DNA from: an uncultured Arcobacteraceae bacterium
GTDB lineage: Bacteria; Campylobacterota; Campylobacteria; Campylobacterales; Arcobacteraceae
Direction of reading: 5' to 3'
Length of the DNA stretch: 64,000 bases
Assembly: GCA_965659435.1 (NCBI GenBank)
Contig: CBFHVJ010000001.1
Span: 697 to 64,696 of the forward strand
Within the stretch, counting starts at the first letter, position 1. Each line of letters starts with the position of its first letter. This document shows positions 38,431 to 48,212 of the stretch, piece after piece. Position numbers and translations under genes: made by a program. The notes under the pieces were generated by a model. The model was not told the origin of the DNA. It saw only the letters and a list, made by a program, of their open reading frames with translations, and made no database searches.

Positions 38431-40035
38431 TTAAATTTTCGTTAATTTCTGATGAATAATGTCAGCTACTCTAAAAGCATTAGCATAGATAGTCCAAGTA
38501 TAAGGGATACTTCCCCCTGTAGGGATAAAACTACCATCTGAGATATAAAGGTTACTTACTTCATGAGATTGACAGTTTTTATTTAAAACTGAACTCTTAG
38601 GGTCATTACCAAATCTACATCCACCTGCTTGAAGATTTTGTGGAGGATAAGAAGAGATTCCACCTTTAATATTTTTTGCCCCTAATTGACCAAGAACCTC
38701 TTTTGCTTTTATATCAAGAAGCTTTGCTATTTTAAGATCATGTTCATGTGCATCAATTCTAATTTTTGCAACATTAACCCCAAATTTATCTTTGTTATCT
38801 TGATCAATTGTTACAAAACAATTATCATGTGGTAACCAGTCACAAAAGATTTCATATTTAAATCTTTTTATATTTCGAAAGTGATAGTAAAGTTTATCTT
38901 GTAATTTTTTACCAAAAAGAAGTTTTCCATTATCCCACTTTAAAACATTAGCTTTTCGAATAGGATTAGCATGCTCAAACATAAATTCAATTATTCCACC
39001 TTTATGTTTTTCTCCACCTATATCAACTTGATAAAATTGATCAATAGTACGATTTAGAAATAACCCATCATAGCTTTTATTACTATACTCAATCTCCCCA
39101 TATCCAATACCTCCAGCAGAAAAGATAAGATTTTTTCCAACTTGACTATTATTATTTGAAAGACCATTTGGAAACTCTTGATTTTTTGAATTTAGTAATA
39201 ACCTACAAGTCTCAACTGCTTGAGCTGCAACTACAAATATCCTAGCATTTATAGATTGTGATATTTTAAATCTATTATAATAATGAGCTTTTGTAATTTT
39301 AAAATTTTTTGTTTCTAACTTATAGACAAAAGCCTCTGGAATAATTGTACAATTTCCACTTTTTACTGCATCTTCTAAAAGTGCTACTCTTGAACTTCCT
39401 TTTGCATCTGTGCTACAGCCATAGCTTCCACAATAATTTGAGTATGAACACCCTTTTCTATCTTTCAAAGGTGAAGATAAAATAGCACGAGGAGTCTTGT
39501 AATAACGATAATTTAACTTTTCAAAAGTATCATCTAATTTTTCTACTAAAGGATGTTCTTGAAGTGATTTGAATGGCAAGTTCTCACCAGAAACTCCAAC
39601 TGTAGTAGCCACTTTTTCATAATATGGCTTTAATTGCTCTAGTCCTATTGGCCAATTAGTTATATTCGCCCCTTTGATCTCTCCGTATTTATTTTGTAAT
39701 TGAAAATCTTCTTTTCTTAATTGATGAAAATAACCAGCCATGAAATTTGAAGAACCACCTACAATATTCCCATTCCAAAAATCCCATCCTGAGCTCTGGG
39801 TAGTATAGGAGATATATCCATCTTTTGTTTTTTCTTCTAGTGTATGGTACTGTTCATCTAAAGGTGGAGTATAGATTGATCTTCTACAACTTGCTATTTC
39901 ATCTTTAGAAAAATCTTTTGTTTTATGGTATTTCCCTTTTTCTAGTACTACAACTTTATAGCCCGCTTTACTTAATGTATAAGCAACTGGACCAGCTCCA
40001 GCTCCACTACCAATGATACAGATATCGTATTTCAT
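38431..40035 (-). CDS. GMC-family FAD oxidoreductase (gluconate 2-dehydrogenase large subunit-like, Cj0415-like)
   Basis: YDICIIGSGAGAGPVA FAD fold. The start is set at ATG 40035, 1 nt after the upstream stop, rather than track 40086. Confidence 0.85.
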   Translation of the reverse strand: MKYDICIIGSGAGAGPVAYTLSKAGYKVVVLEKGKYHKTKDFSKDEIASCRRSIYTPPLDEQYHTLEEKTKDGYISYTTQSSGWDFWNGNIVGGSSNFMAGYFHQLRKEDFQLQNKYGEIKGANITNWPIGLEQLKPYYEKVATTVGVSGENLPFKSLQEHPLVEKLDDTFEKLNYRYYKTPRAILSSPLKDRKGCSYSNYCGSYGCSTDAKGSSRVALLEDAVKSGNCTIIPEAFVYKLETKNFKITKAHYYNRFKISQSINARIFVVAAQAVETCRLLLNSKNQEFPNGLSNNNSQVGKNLIFSAGGIGYGEIEYSNKSYDGLFLNRTIDQFYQVDIGGEKHKGGIIEFMFEHANPIRKANVLKWDNGKLLFGKKLQDKLYYHFRNIKRFKYEIFCDWLPHDNCFVTIDQDNKDKFGVNVAKIRIDAHEHDLKIAKLLDIKAKEVLGQLGAKNIKGGISSYPPQNLQAGGCRFGNDPKSSVLNKNCQSHEVSNLYISDGSFIPTGGSIPYTWTIYANAFRVADIIHQKLTKI

Positions 40036-40036
40036 A

Positions 40037-40498
40037 CTATTTTCCATAACGTTTACTAGGTTGAGGGCTACCATGAGTATGTTCAATCATATCCCATCCA
40101 ATTTGTTCAATATTCCCACCATATATTGGATCACTATATAAGCCTTCTAAAGCATAGTTGAGTAAATAAGATAGCCAATTTTCACCCCATGATGTTTCTA
40201 AAAGCTCATCCATTGAAGAATCTACATTAATTTTATCTTCCTGGATCCACTTTGCACCATTTAAAATAAAAGATAAATCCTCTTTAGGAAAATATTTATC
40301 TCGAGATATATTAAAAAGATATTGTGTTGGATTATAGTTTTCAATATTATATTGAGTATTAGAAGGGAAGATTATTTTATAAACTTTTTTTATTATGTTC
40401 CATTGGTTTATTTCAAATTCAATACTATATAAATCTGTTTTTAAAATTCCCATACTACATAGCAATGTACCTGTTATCATAAATCTTCTTCTATCCAT
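40037..40498 (-). CDS. Gluconate 2-dehydrogenase subunit 3-family protein with twin-arginine signal (Cj0414-like)
   Basis: MDRRRFMITGTLLCSMGIL is a Tat motif. The protein is 153 aa, immediately upstream of the GMC oxidoreductase and tightly coupled to it. Confidence 0.75.
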   Translation of the reverse strand: MDRRRFMITGTLLCSMGILKTDLYSIEFEINQWNIIKKVYKIIFPSNTQYNIENYNPTQYLFNISRDKYFPKEDLSFILNGAKWIQEDKINVDSSMDELLETSWGENWLSYLLNYALEGLYSDPIYGGNIEQIGWDMIEHTHGSPQPSKRYGK

Positions 40499-40585
40499 AA
40501 ATAAATACTACAATAATTAGTTTAATTTAATCAAGTAAACTTTTAACTATAATCTAATATTATATAAGATCTATAAAGGAAAAAT

Positions 40586-40636
40586 ATGAAAAATTTTAAA
40601 ATAAAAAAACAAACTATAAAATGTGGAAGTAACTAA
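40586..40636 (+). CDS. Possible 16-codon upstream ORF / leader peptide (MKNFKIKKQTIKCGSN)
   Basis: The ATG is preceded by AAAGGA with a 5-6 nt spacer. It ends in a TAA TAA TGA triple stop that abuts the ATG of the next gene. It could be a chance ORF in AT-rich DNA. Confidence 0.25.
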   Translation: MKNFKIKKQTIKCGSN

Positions 40637-40638
40637 TA

Positions 40639-41478
40639 ATGAGTTTTCTTCCAGAATTTGGTAATCGTGTTGAAGGATATGATCAACCAGTAATTAATGA
40701 AAGAGAAGCTAGAGCAGCAGCAGGATTGCTTTTCGCTTTTGGTTTTCTAAGCTTTCTTAATAGTTTTATGCTTGGGAACTTTGTATTTACTCAATATTTT
40801 GTTACATTTTTTATGGTTGACTTTGCCATTAGAATGATCAATCCAAACTACTCACCATCAATGCTTTTAGGTAGAGTTTTTGTACAAAATCAAGTACCTG
40901 AATATGTAGGTGCTACTCAAAAAAGATTTGCTTGGTCAATTGGCTTAATACTATCAATCTTTATGTTCTATCTTGTTGTAGTTGATCCTCAAATGAATCC
41001 AATTAAAATTGTTATTTGTACACTATGTCTTATCTTTTTATTTGCTGAATCTGCTTTTTCAATCTGTATAGGATGTAAGCTTTATAACACTATTACTAAA
41101 AAACAAGCTGAAAACTGTCCTGGTGGGATATGTGAAATAAGAGAAAAAGAACCTATCCAAACATTTAATACTTATCAAAAATCTATAGTAGCTGCTGCAA
41201 CTGTATTTACTATTGTATCTTTATATCTATTTAGTGTAAATACACCAAATAACTCAACAGCCCTGAAAATGATGCCTATGATGCTTATGTCTGATGAAGA
41301 GAGAATGGAGATGCATGCTAAAAAAATTGAACAACAATTAGAAGCAGAATTTGAAAAAGATGATTTTGATGACGAAGATGTAGAGGAATCTACAAGAGAA
41401 ATGCCAACACAAATTCAAAATACTATGAAATGTGCTGCTGGTCGTTGTGGAGCAGGAAGATGCGGTGGAGGAAATTAA
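40639..41478 (+). CDS. Probable DUF4395-family membrane protein with extra TM helix, Met-rich/acidic linker and C-x4-C-x4-C tail
   Basis: 279 aa. The N-terminal ~150 aa form a 4-TM core. Then follow CPGGICEI, a fifth TM, KMMPMMLMSDEERMEMH, an acidic stretch, and the C-terminus MKCAAGRCGAGRCGGGN. The family call is from memory only. Confidence 0.55.
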   Translation: MSFLPEFGNRVEGYDQPVINEREARAAAGLLFAFGFLSFLNSFMLGNFVFTQYFVTFFMVDFAIRMINPNYSPSMLLGRVFVQNQVPEYVGATQKRFAWSIGLILSIFMFYLVVVDPQMNPIKIVICTLCLIFLFAESAFSICIGCKLYNTITKKQAENCPGGICEIREKEPIQTFNTYQKSIVAAATVFTIVSLYLFSVNTPNNSTALKMMPMMLMSDEERMEMHAKKIEQQLEAEFEKDDFDDEDVEESTREMPTQIQNTMKCAAGRCGAGRCGGGN

Positions 41479-41493
41479 TATTTCCCTACCACT

Positions 41494-42000
41494 TTAGTCA
41501 ATATAAGTGATTTTATTTTTATCGAATCTATCTTTAGTTTTTCTCACCTCATCATGGTGACCAAGTGCTACAATAGCCAAAGGTGTTAAACTATCATCTA
41601 TTTTAAAAAGATCCTTTACAAAATCAATCTTTTTTTGCCGTGGATGAATTGCAATCCAAACAGAACCTAAACCTTCATTAGTTGCACTTAAAAGTAGATT
41701 CTGTGTAGCTGCACTCCCATCTTGCTGGAAATACAACTTTTGTGATTCATTTTCTTGCCTATAACAAACTACTATGGCAGTAGTTGCACTTTTACACATC
41801 TTACCATGTTCTAAGCTTAATGCTATAGTATCTAGATACTCTCTATTGGTAACCACTATAAAATGCCAACCTTGTTGGTTTCTTGCACTTGGCGCAGACA
41901 TAGCATCTTTTAAAATTTTATCTAGTTTCTCTTTTTCTATAGGTTTATTAGTAAACTTTCGAATACTACGTCTATTAGCTACAACTTCACTAAAATCCAT
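41494..42000 (-). CDS. Nitroreductase-family protein (small, 168 aa)
   Basis: RRSIRKF, SAPSARNQQGWHF and LAIVALG motifs. The start abuts the upstream stop. Confidence 0.85.
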   Translation of the reverse strand: MDFSEVVANRRSIRKFTNKPIEKEKLDKILKDAMSAPSARNQQGWHFIVVTNREYLDTIALSLEHGKMCKSATTAIVVCYRQENESQKLYFQQDGSAATQNLLLSATNEGLGSVWIAIHPRQKKIDFVKDLFKIDDSLTPLAIVALGHHDEVRKTKDRFDKNKITYID

Positions 42001-43416
42001 CTAACAAATTACAACAGATTTAATCTCTGTAAATTCTTCAATAGCAAAAGATGGTCCCTCTTTACCAATACCACTTAGTTTTGTCCCACCATATGGTTGA
42101 ATATCAAATCTTAATGTTGGGATATCATTGATCACTACTCCACCACAATCAGCTTCATAGATAAACCTTTGAGTCATACTTAAATCATTTGTAAAGATTG
42201 AAAACTGTAATCCATATGGTGAATTGTTCATCTTTGGAAGTGCTTCATCATATCCAGAAACTTTTACTAAAGATACAATCGGAGCAAATACCTCTTCACA
42301 AATAATTTTCATATCATCTGTTACATCTGTCATTACTGTTGGATGATAATTTAATCCCTCAGCTTTGTTTCCAGTTAAGCATGTAGCACCTTCTGATATT
42401 GCGCTATTAACCCATGATTGAGCTCTCTCAAGTGACTCATCATTAATTAGTGGTCCTATAAAAGTATTATCTTCATAAGGAGATCCTACTACTAATTTTT
42501 GTGTTTCCTCTTTCATAGCTAGCGAAAACTCATCATAAACATCTTCATGAACATAAACTCTTTGAAGTGATATACAAACTTGTCCAGAGTTAATAAATGC
42601 TCCAAAAGCACATCTTTGTGCAGCTAATTTAACATCTGCAGTTTTATCAATATATGTTGCAGCGTTTCCACCTAGTTCTAAACTCACTTTTTTAATACCT
42701 GCAGATTTTGTAATAATATTTCCAACTGGTACACTTCCTGTAAAACTTAATACTCTTGGTATCATCGATTCAACTAAAGTACTTCCAACTTCTACATCAC
42801 CATATACAACACTTAATGCATCTTTAATTGCATATTCACTTTCAACAAATAGTTTTGCAAACTTATACGCTGTAAGTGGTGCTTCTGGTGTTGGTTTTAA
42901 TACCACAGTATTCCCAGATACTAATGCAGGTGCAATTTTATGAGCTACTAGATTTAATGGAAAGTTAAAAGGTGTAATACAAGCTACAACACCAACTGGT
43001 TCTCTAAAATAATAAGCTGTAGTCTTTTTACCACTAGGCATAGCATCTGTATTTATTGTATGTCCATCCATATTAATCATCGCATGTGCTGAAAGCTTTA
43101 CAGTCTCTATACATCTTTCAACTTCTACTCTTGCAAAAGTGATAGGTTTTCCAACCTCATCACATAGTGTTTGCGCTATACTTTCTTTATTTTCATCTAA
43201 CTTTTTTGCAACGTCTTCAATCCATGCTACTCTTTGAGCTATAGTTGAAGATTTCGCTTCTGTACTTGCTTTTTGCGCAATCTCTAATGCTTTTAATGTA
43301 TCTTCTTTTGTACACATTGGATATTGAGAAACAACCTCTTTTGAATAAGGGCTTATCCTTGATTCTAGCTTTTCTCTTTTCTCTTCTGTGCTACCAAAAA
43401 AAATATTTGCTTCCAT
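42001..43416 (-). CDS. NAD(P)-dependent aldehyde dehydrogenase
   Basis: 471 aa with FTGS, the ELGGNA glutamate motif and catalytic-Cys motif GQVCISLQRV. GGAG RBS. Confidence 0.9.
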   Translation of the reverse strand: MEANIFFGSTEEKREKLESRISPYSKEVVSQYPMCTKEDTLKALEIAQKASTEAKSSTIAQRVAWIEDVAKKLDENKESIAQTLCDEVGKPITFARVEVERCIETVKLSAHAMINMDGHTINTDAMPSGKKTTAYYFREPVGVVACITPFNFPLNLVAHKIAPALVSGNTVVLKPTPEAPLTAYKFAKLFVESEYAIKDALSVVYGDVEVGSTLVESMIPRVLSFTGSVPVGNIITKSAGIKKVSLELGGNAATYIDKTADVKLAAQRCAFGAFINSGQVCISLQRVYVHEDVYDEFSLAMKEETQKLVVGSPYEDNTFIGPLINDESLERAQSWVNSAISEGATCLTGNKAEGLNYHPTVMTDVTDDMKIICEEVFAPIVSLVKVSGYDEALPKMNNSPYGLQFSIFTNDLSMTQRFIYEADCGGVVINDIPTLRFDIQPYGGTKLSGIGKEGPSFAIEEFTEIKSVVIC

Positions 43417-43514
43417 AAAAAAACTCCTTAAATTATGATTTATTATATCATAAACAATTTTTAGATAGTATCTCTAAATTTTATAAACAATAAATAAGTA
43501 TAGGATATTTTATT

Positions 43515-44435
43515 ATGGAAAAAGCTAAATATATATGGATGGATGGAGAATTAACTCCATGGGATGATGCAAAAGTACACGTTCTTACGCATACACTACA
43601 TTATGGAAATGGAGTTTTTGAAGGGACAAAAGCATATAAAACACACGATGGTAGATGTGCAATATTTAAACTTCAAGAGCATACAAAAAGACTTTTTGAT
43701 TCAGCAAAAACAACGTTAATTGATATTCCATACACAATTGATGAACTAAATAATGCGCAAGTTAAGATTTTACAAGAAAATGAATTATTTGAAGGTGCAT
43801 ACCTTAGACCATTTGTATACTTAGGTTATGGGGTTATGGGTATTTACCACAAAGAATGTCCTGTAAATGTTTCAATCTCTGCTTGGAAGTGGGGAGCTTA
43901 TCTTGGTGAAGAGGGTCTGAAAAATGGTATTAGATTAAAAATGTCTTCATTCACAAGAAACTCAAACACTTCAGGTCTTGGTAAAGCAAAAGCTGCTGCA
44001 AACTATTTAAACTCTCAAATGGCAAAATTTGAAGCAGTTGAAGCTGGATATGATGAAGCACTATTAAGAGATGACCAAGGTTATATTGCTGAAGCTAGTG
44101 GTGCATGTTTCTTTATGGTTAAAAATGGAGTACTTATCTCTCCACCAAATGACAACTCATTAGAGTCAATCACACAAGCGACAATTATTGATTTAGCCAA
44201 AGATATGGGTATTGAAGTTGTAAGAAGAAGAATCACTAGAGAGGAAGTTTATACTTGTGATGAATGTTTCTTAACAGGGACTGCTGCAGAAGTAACACCA
44301 ATTAGGGATATTGATGCAAGAGTAATTGGATGTGGTTCAAGAGGACCTATGACTGAAAAGTTACAAACAGCTTATTTTGATGTAGTAGCTGGTAAAAATG
44401 AGAAATATTTAAAAGATTTAACTTATATTAACTAA
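43515..44435 (+). CDS. ilvE: Branched-chain amino acid aminotransferase
   Basis: 306 aa with HYGNGVFEG.KAY, YLRP and GTAAEVTPI motifs. Confidence 0.93.
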   Translation: MEKAKYIWMDGELTPWDDAKVHVLTHTLHYGNGVFEGTKAYKTHDGRCAIFKLQEHTKRLFDSAKTTLIDIPYTIDELNNAQVKILQENELFEGAYLRPFVYLGYGVMGIYHKECPVNVSISAWKWGAYLGEEGLKNGIRLKMSSFTRNSNTSGLGKAKAAANYLNSQMAKFEAVEAGYDEALLRDDQGYIAEASGACFFMVKNGVLISPPNDNSLESITQATIIDLAKDMGIEVVRRRITREEVYTCDECFLTGTAAEVTPIRDIDARVIGCGSRGPMTEKLQTAYFDVVAGKNEKYLKDLTYIN

Positions 44436-44466
44436 AACATTTTAAGTTCAAAAGGAAAGAAAAAAA

Positions 44467-45561
44467 ATGCCAATCGATAACGATTATTTTAAAAATAGAC
44501 AACAAAACAACGGTGGAAACAATAACAATGGTGGAAACAATAATGGCGGGGGTGGTGACTATCAACCACCATTTGAGCCACCTGAATTTTTCAAAAACTT
44601 AGGAAAAATGGGAGCAACTATCTATATTATTATTGGTTTAGTTGTTTTACTAGTGATGGCTAAGCCATTTGTGATCATTGAATCTGGTCAAGTTGGTATT
44701 AAAGTAACTACAGGTAAATATGAAACTGAACCTTTACAACCAGGTTTCCACCTATATATCCCAGTAGTTCAAAAAGTAATTACTGTTGATACAAAAGTAA
44801 GACTAATTAACTATAAAACAATTGAAGATATGAGTGGGTTTGATAGTGGAATTAAAATTAATCCAGCAATTAATATCCTTGATGCTAGGGGTCTTCCTGT
44901 ATCTATTGAGCTTACAGTTCAATACAAACTTTTACCACATGGTGCACCAAATACAATCGCTACTTGGGGTCTATCTTGGGAAGATAAGATCGTAAATCCT
45001 GTTGTAAGAAATATCGTAAGAAATGTTGTAGGTGGATTTAACGCAGAAGAGTTACCAACAAAAAGAAATGAGATCGCAACTATGATTGAAAATGGTATTA
45101 GAACTGAGATTGAAGCACTACAAGGTAAACCAGTATCAATTGAATCTGTTCAATTAAGAGAGATAGTACTTCCTCAAAAGATTAAAGATCAAATTGAGAG
45201 AGTTCAGATTGCGAACCAAGAATCAGAAAGAGTAAAATATGAAGTTTTAAGAGCTAAGCAAGAAGCTGAGAAAAAAGCTGCACTAGCAAAGGGAGAGGCT
45301 GATAAAAATAGAATTGAAGCACAAGGTAGAGCGGACGCTGTTACTATTGAAGCTGATGCACAAGCAAAAGCAAATAAGCTAGTAGCAGAGTCTTTAACTC
45401 AAAAACTTCTTCAAATGCAACAAATCCAAGTGCAAGGGAAATTCAACGATGCACTTAGAGAAAACAAAGATGCTAAAATATTCTTAACACCTGGTGGATC
45501 AACTCCAAATATTTGGGTTGATACAAAAGATAAAGCAAAAGATACTTCTATTCATAAATAA
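44467..45561 (+). CDS. SPFH/Band-7 (prohibitin-like) membrane protein with Asn/Gly-rich N-terminus
   Basis: TM helix followed by an SPFH domain (IIESGQVGIKVTTGKY...) and a coiled-coil (EAEKKAALAKGEADKNRIEAQGRA). Confidence 0.85.
   Translation: MPIDNDYFKNRQQNNGGNNNNGGNNNGGGGDYQPPFEPPEFFKNLGKMGATIYIIIGLVVLLVMAKPFVIIESGQVGIKVTTGKYETEPLQPGFHLYIPVVQKVITVDTKVRLINYKTIEDMSGFDSGIKINPAINILDARGLPVSIELTVQYKLLPHGAPNTIATWGLSWEDKIVNPVVRNIVRNVVGGFNAEELPTKRNEIATMIENGIRTEIEALQGKPVSIESVQLREIVLPQKIKDQIERVQIANQESERVKYEVLRAKQEAEKKAALAKGEADKNRIEAQGRADAVTIEADAQAKANKLVAESLTQKLLQMQQIQVQGKFNDALRENKDAKIFLTPGGSTPNIWVDTKDKAKDTSIHK
44512..44547 (+). repeat. Two tandem 18-nt units (GGTGGAAACAATAA + 4 nt) encoding the GGNNN(N) low-complexity N-terminus
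   Basis: Read directly. Units are 44512-44529 and 44530-44547, with the first 14 nt identical. Confidence 0.6.
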
Positions 45562-45572
45562 TAGATTTTTAG

Positions 45573-45596
45573 AGCACCTTTTTTAAGGTGCTTTAT
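45573..45596 (+). terminator. Rho-independent terminator-like hairpin after the SPFH gene
   Basis: AGCACCTT-tttt-AAGGTGCT followed by TTTAT, 12 nt after the stop codon. Confidence 0.6.
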
Positions 45597-45618
45597 AAAG
45601 TTTATATAAAGAGATGAA

Positions 45619-46302
45619 ATGACTGATATAATTAATAAAATAGATTTTGAAAAACAAGATGGAATGGTTCCTGTAATAGCACAAGACTTTGAAACTAATG
45701 AAGTTTTGATGCTTGCATATATGAATAAAGAAGCAGTTGAACTAACACTACAAACTTCATATGCACACTACTTTAGTAGAAGCAAACAAAGACTTTGGAA
45801 AAAAGGTGAAAGTAGTGGTCATACACAAGCTATAAAATCTATCTCAATGGATTGTGATAATGACACACTCTTATTAAAAGTACAACAAGAGGGTGTTGCT
45901 TGCCATACGGGAAGAAAATCATGTTTCTTTACAGATCTACAAACTGGTGATACTACAAGTGATGTAGAGGTTGATACAACTGCAGCATATGGTGTAATAG
46001 AAACACTTTATCAAACAATCCAATCGCGAAAAAATGACAATGCTTCACAATCATACACAGCAAAACTTCTTCAAGGGAAAGAAAACTCTATGCTGAAAAA
46101 AATCGTAGAGGAAGCGGGTGAATTTACATTTGCATTTAAAGATGATAATAAAGAGGAATTAGTTTACGAAAGTGCTGATCTAATGTATCACTGTTTAGTA
46201 GCACTTGCAGCTAAAAACATCTCTCCTGATCAAGTAAAACAAGAGTTAGCTAGAAGATTTGGACTTTCAGGAATAGAGGAAAAGAATAGTCGAAAAGACT
46301 AA
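45619..46302 (+). CDS. hisIE: Bifunctional phosphoribosyl-AMP cyclohydrolase / phosphoribosyl-ATP pyrophosphatase
   Basis: The N-terminus is HisI-like ([14 protein letters not shown]...LW.KGE.SGH, DCD.D.LL, CHTG..SCF). The C-terminus is HisE-like (SYT.KL....ILKKI.EEA.E). Confidence 0.93.
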   Translation: MTDIINKIDFEKQDGMVPVIAQDFETNEVLMLAYMNKEAVELTLQTSYAHYFSRSKQRLWKKGESSGHTQAIKSISMDCDNDTLLLKVQQEGVACHTGRKSCFFTDLQTGDTTSDVEVDTTAAYGVIETLYQTIQSRKNDNASQSYTAKLLQGKENSMLKKIVEEAGEFTFAFKDDNKEELVYESADLMYHCLVALAAKNISPDQVKQELARRFGLSGIEEKNSRKD

Positions 46303-47271
46303 TCATCCACCTGTTTCATAAAAGGCTCTACTAGAAACTTCTCCATCTTCACCTTGAGACCACTTATTTTTTTCTGGTTTATTTTCTAAAACCTTATTTA
46401 ATATCTCACAAGCACCATCAATATCATCATTTTCAACTGATTCTTTAATACTCATAGCATCTTCAAAATATAAACATGGGATTAAAAATCCTTCTGCTGT
46501 TAATCTAATTCTATTACAAGACTCACAAAAGTCATCTCCATATGGCTCAATCACACCAAATTTATATCCATTTTCTAGCTTATAATATTGTGCAGGAGAG
46601 CTATCTTCTCGAGGAAGTTTTTCGAAACTATATTTAGTAGAGATAAGATCTAGAAGATCGGCACTTTTAAAACCTTTTAGATCAGAATTTGCAAAACTAT
46701 TTTCCATATATTCTATAAATCTTACAGGGTAGTCTCGTTGCATACAATATTCTAAAATATCGATAATCTCTCCACCATTGACATCTTTCATAGGTACACA
46801 ATTAACTTTGATTTTTAAACCAACTTCATTTGCCTTATCTAGACCTTTTAAAACTGTATCTAAAACATCTTTTTGAGCAACATGATGAGCTACCTCTTTT
46901 TTTAATGAGTCTAATGAAACATTGATTCTTTTAAGGCCAGCATCTTTTAGATCTTGTGCAACATTTGGAAGTAGGTAACCATTTGTAGTAAGAGCTAAAT
47001 CTATATCTGGCTTGTAATCATGAATCATCTTAATAAATACATTAAGTTTTTCTCTTAAAAGTGGTTCTCCACCAGTGATTCTAATTTTATTAACGCCATT
47101 ATCAATAGCAACCTTAACAAACTTAAACATATTTTCATAGCTCATTATATTTTCTTTAGGAACCCATGAAAATGGTTTTTCTGGCATACAATACTGACAT
47201 CTAAAGTTACAACGTTCAGTTACTGATATTCTTAGGTAGTTTACCTCTCTACCGTGTCCGTCAATAAGCAT
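46303..47271 (-). CDS. moaA: GTP 3',8-cyclase (molybdenum cofactor biosynthesis protein A)
   Basis: [19 protein letters not shown] radical-SAM motif and the C-terminal [13 protein letters not shown] cluster motif. The stop abuts the hisIE stop (zero gap, convergent). Confidence 0.95.
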   Translation of the reverse strand: MLIDGHGREVNYLRISVTERCNFRCQYCMPEKPFSWVPKENIMSYENMFKFVKVAIDNGVNKIRITGGEPLLREKLNVFIKMIHDYKPDIDLALTTNGYLLPNVAQDLKDAGLKRINVSLDSLKKEVAHHVAQKDVLDTVLKGLDKANEVGLKIKVNCVPMKDVNGGEIIDILEYCMQRDYPVRFIEYMENSFANSDLKGFKSADLLDLISTKYSFEKLPREDSSPAQYYKLENGYKFGVIEPYGDDFCESCNRIRLTAEGFLIPCLYFEDAMSIKESVENDDIDGACEILNKVLENKPEKNKWSQGEDGEVSSRAFYETGG

Positions 47272-47348
47272 TTAATCTCCAAAATTGTATAATATCAACA
47301 ATATTAACTAAAATAAACTTCCATAACATTAACGAAGGTCAAAAAAAC

Positions 47349-48212
47349 ATGCAAATTAAACAAAACAAGGTAAAAACACTTCTTGATGCTTTACCTTACA
47401 TCAAACAATTCAGTGGAGAAATTGTTGTAATTAAATATGGTGGATCAGCACAAACATCTCCTGAACTTCAAGAGAAGTTTGCTCAAGACATCTCACTTTT
47501 AGCTTTAGTGGGAATCAAACCAGTAATTGTTCACGGTGGTGGAGCAAAAATCTCAGATATGCTTAACAAATTAGATATAAAATCAGAATTTATAGATGGT
47601 CACAGAGTGACTTGTAAAGATAGTATGAGAGTTGTTGAAATGATCCTAAGTGGAGAGATTAATAAAAATCTTACATCACTTTTAAATCATCATGGAACTA
47701 AGTCTATTGGTATTAGTGGAAAAGATAGTAGTTGTATTGAAGCACTTCCAAAAGATGGAGGAAAGTTTGGATATACAGGGATGATCACTAGTGTAGATGG
47801 TGAAGCCATTATGAATCTTATTGATGAAGGATTTGTTCCAGTTATTGCACCAATAGCAGATAGTGCAGAGCCTAATCATCCTGGATTTAATATCAATGCA
47901 GATGTAGCTGCATCAAAAGTTGCTATTGCACTTCAAGCAAATAAAGTGCTATTCTTAACAGATACAAAAGGTGTATTAGATAAAGATGGTACACTTTTAA
48001 ATGACCTTGACAAAAATGATGTTGAAGGATATAAAGCTGATGGTACAATTGGTGGTGGGATGATACCAAAAGTTGATAGCTGTACAGATGCTATTGAAAA
48101 TGGTGTTCAAAAAGCACATATTATTGATGGTCGAGTTGAACATTCAATTATTTTAGAACTATTTACTAGCGATGGAGTTGGTACACAATTTTTACAAAAG
48201 GGAAATAACTAA
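47349..48212 (+). CDS. argB: Acetylglutamate kinase
   Basis: VIKYGGSA, VHGGG and GFNINAD motifs. Confidence 0.93.
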   Translation: MQIKQNKVKTLLDALPYIKQFSGEIVVIKYGGSAQTSPELQEKFAQDISLLALVGIKPVIVHGGGAKISDMLNKLDIKSEFIDGHRVTCKDSMRVVEMILSGEINKNLTSLLNHHGTKSIGISGKDSSCIEALPKDGGKFGYTGMITSVDGEAIMNLIDEGFVPVIAPIADSAEPNHPGFNINADVAASKVAIALQANKVLFLTDTKGVLDKDGTLLNDLDKNDVEGYKADGTIGGGMIPKVDSCTDAIENGVQKAHIIDGRVEHSIILELFTSDGVGTQFLQKGNN

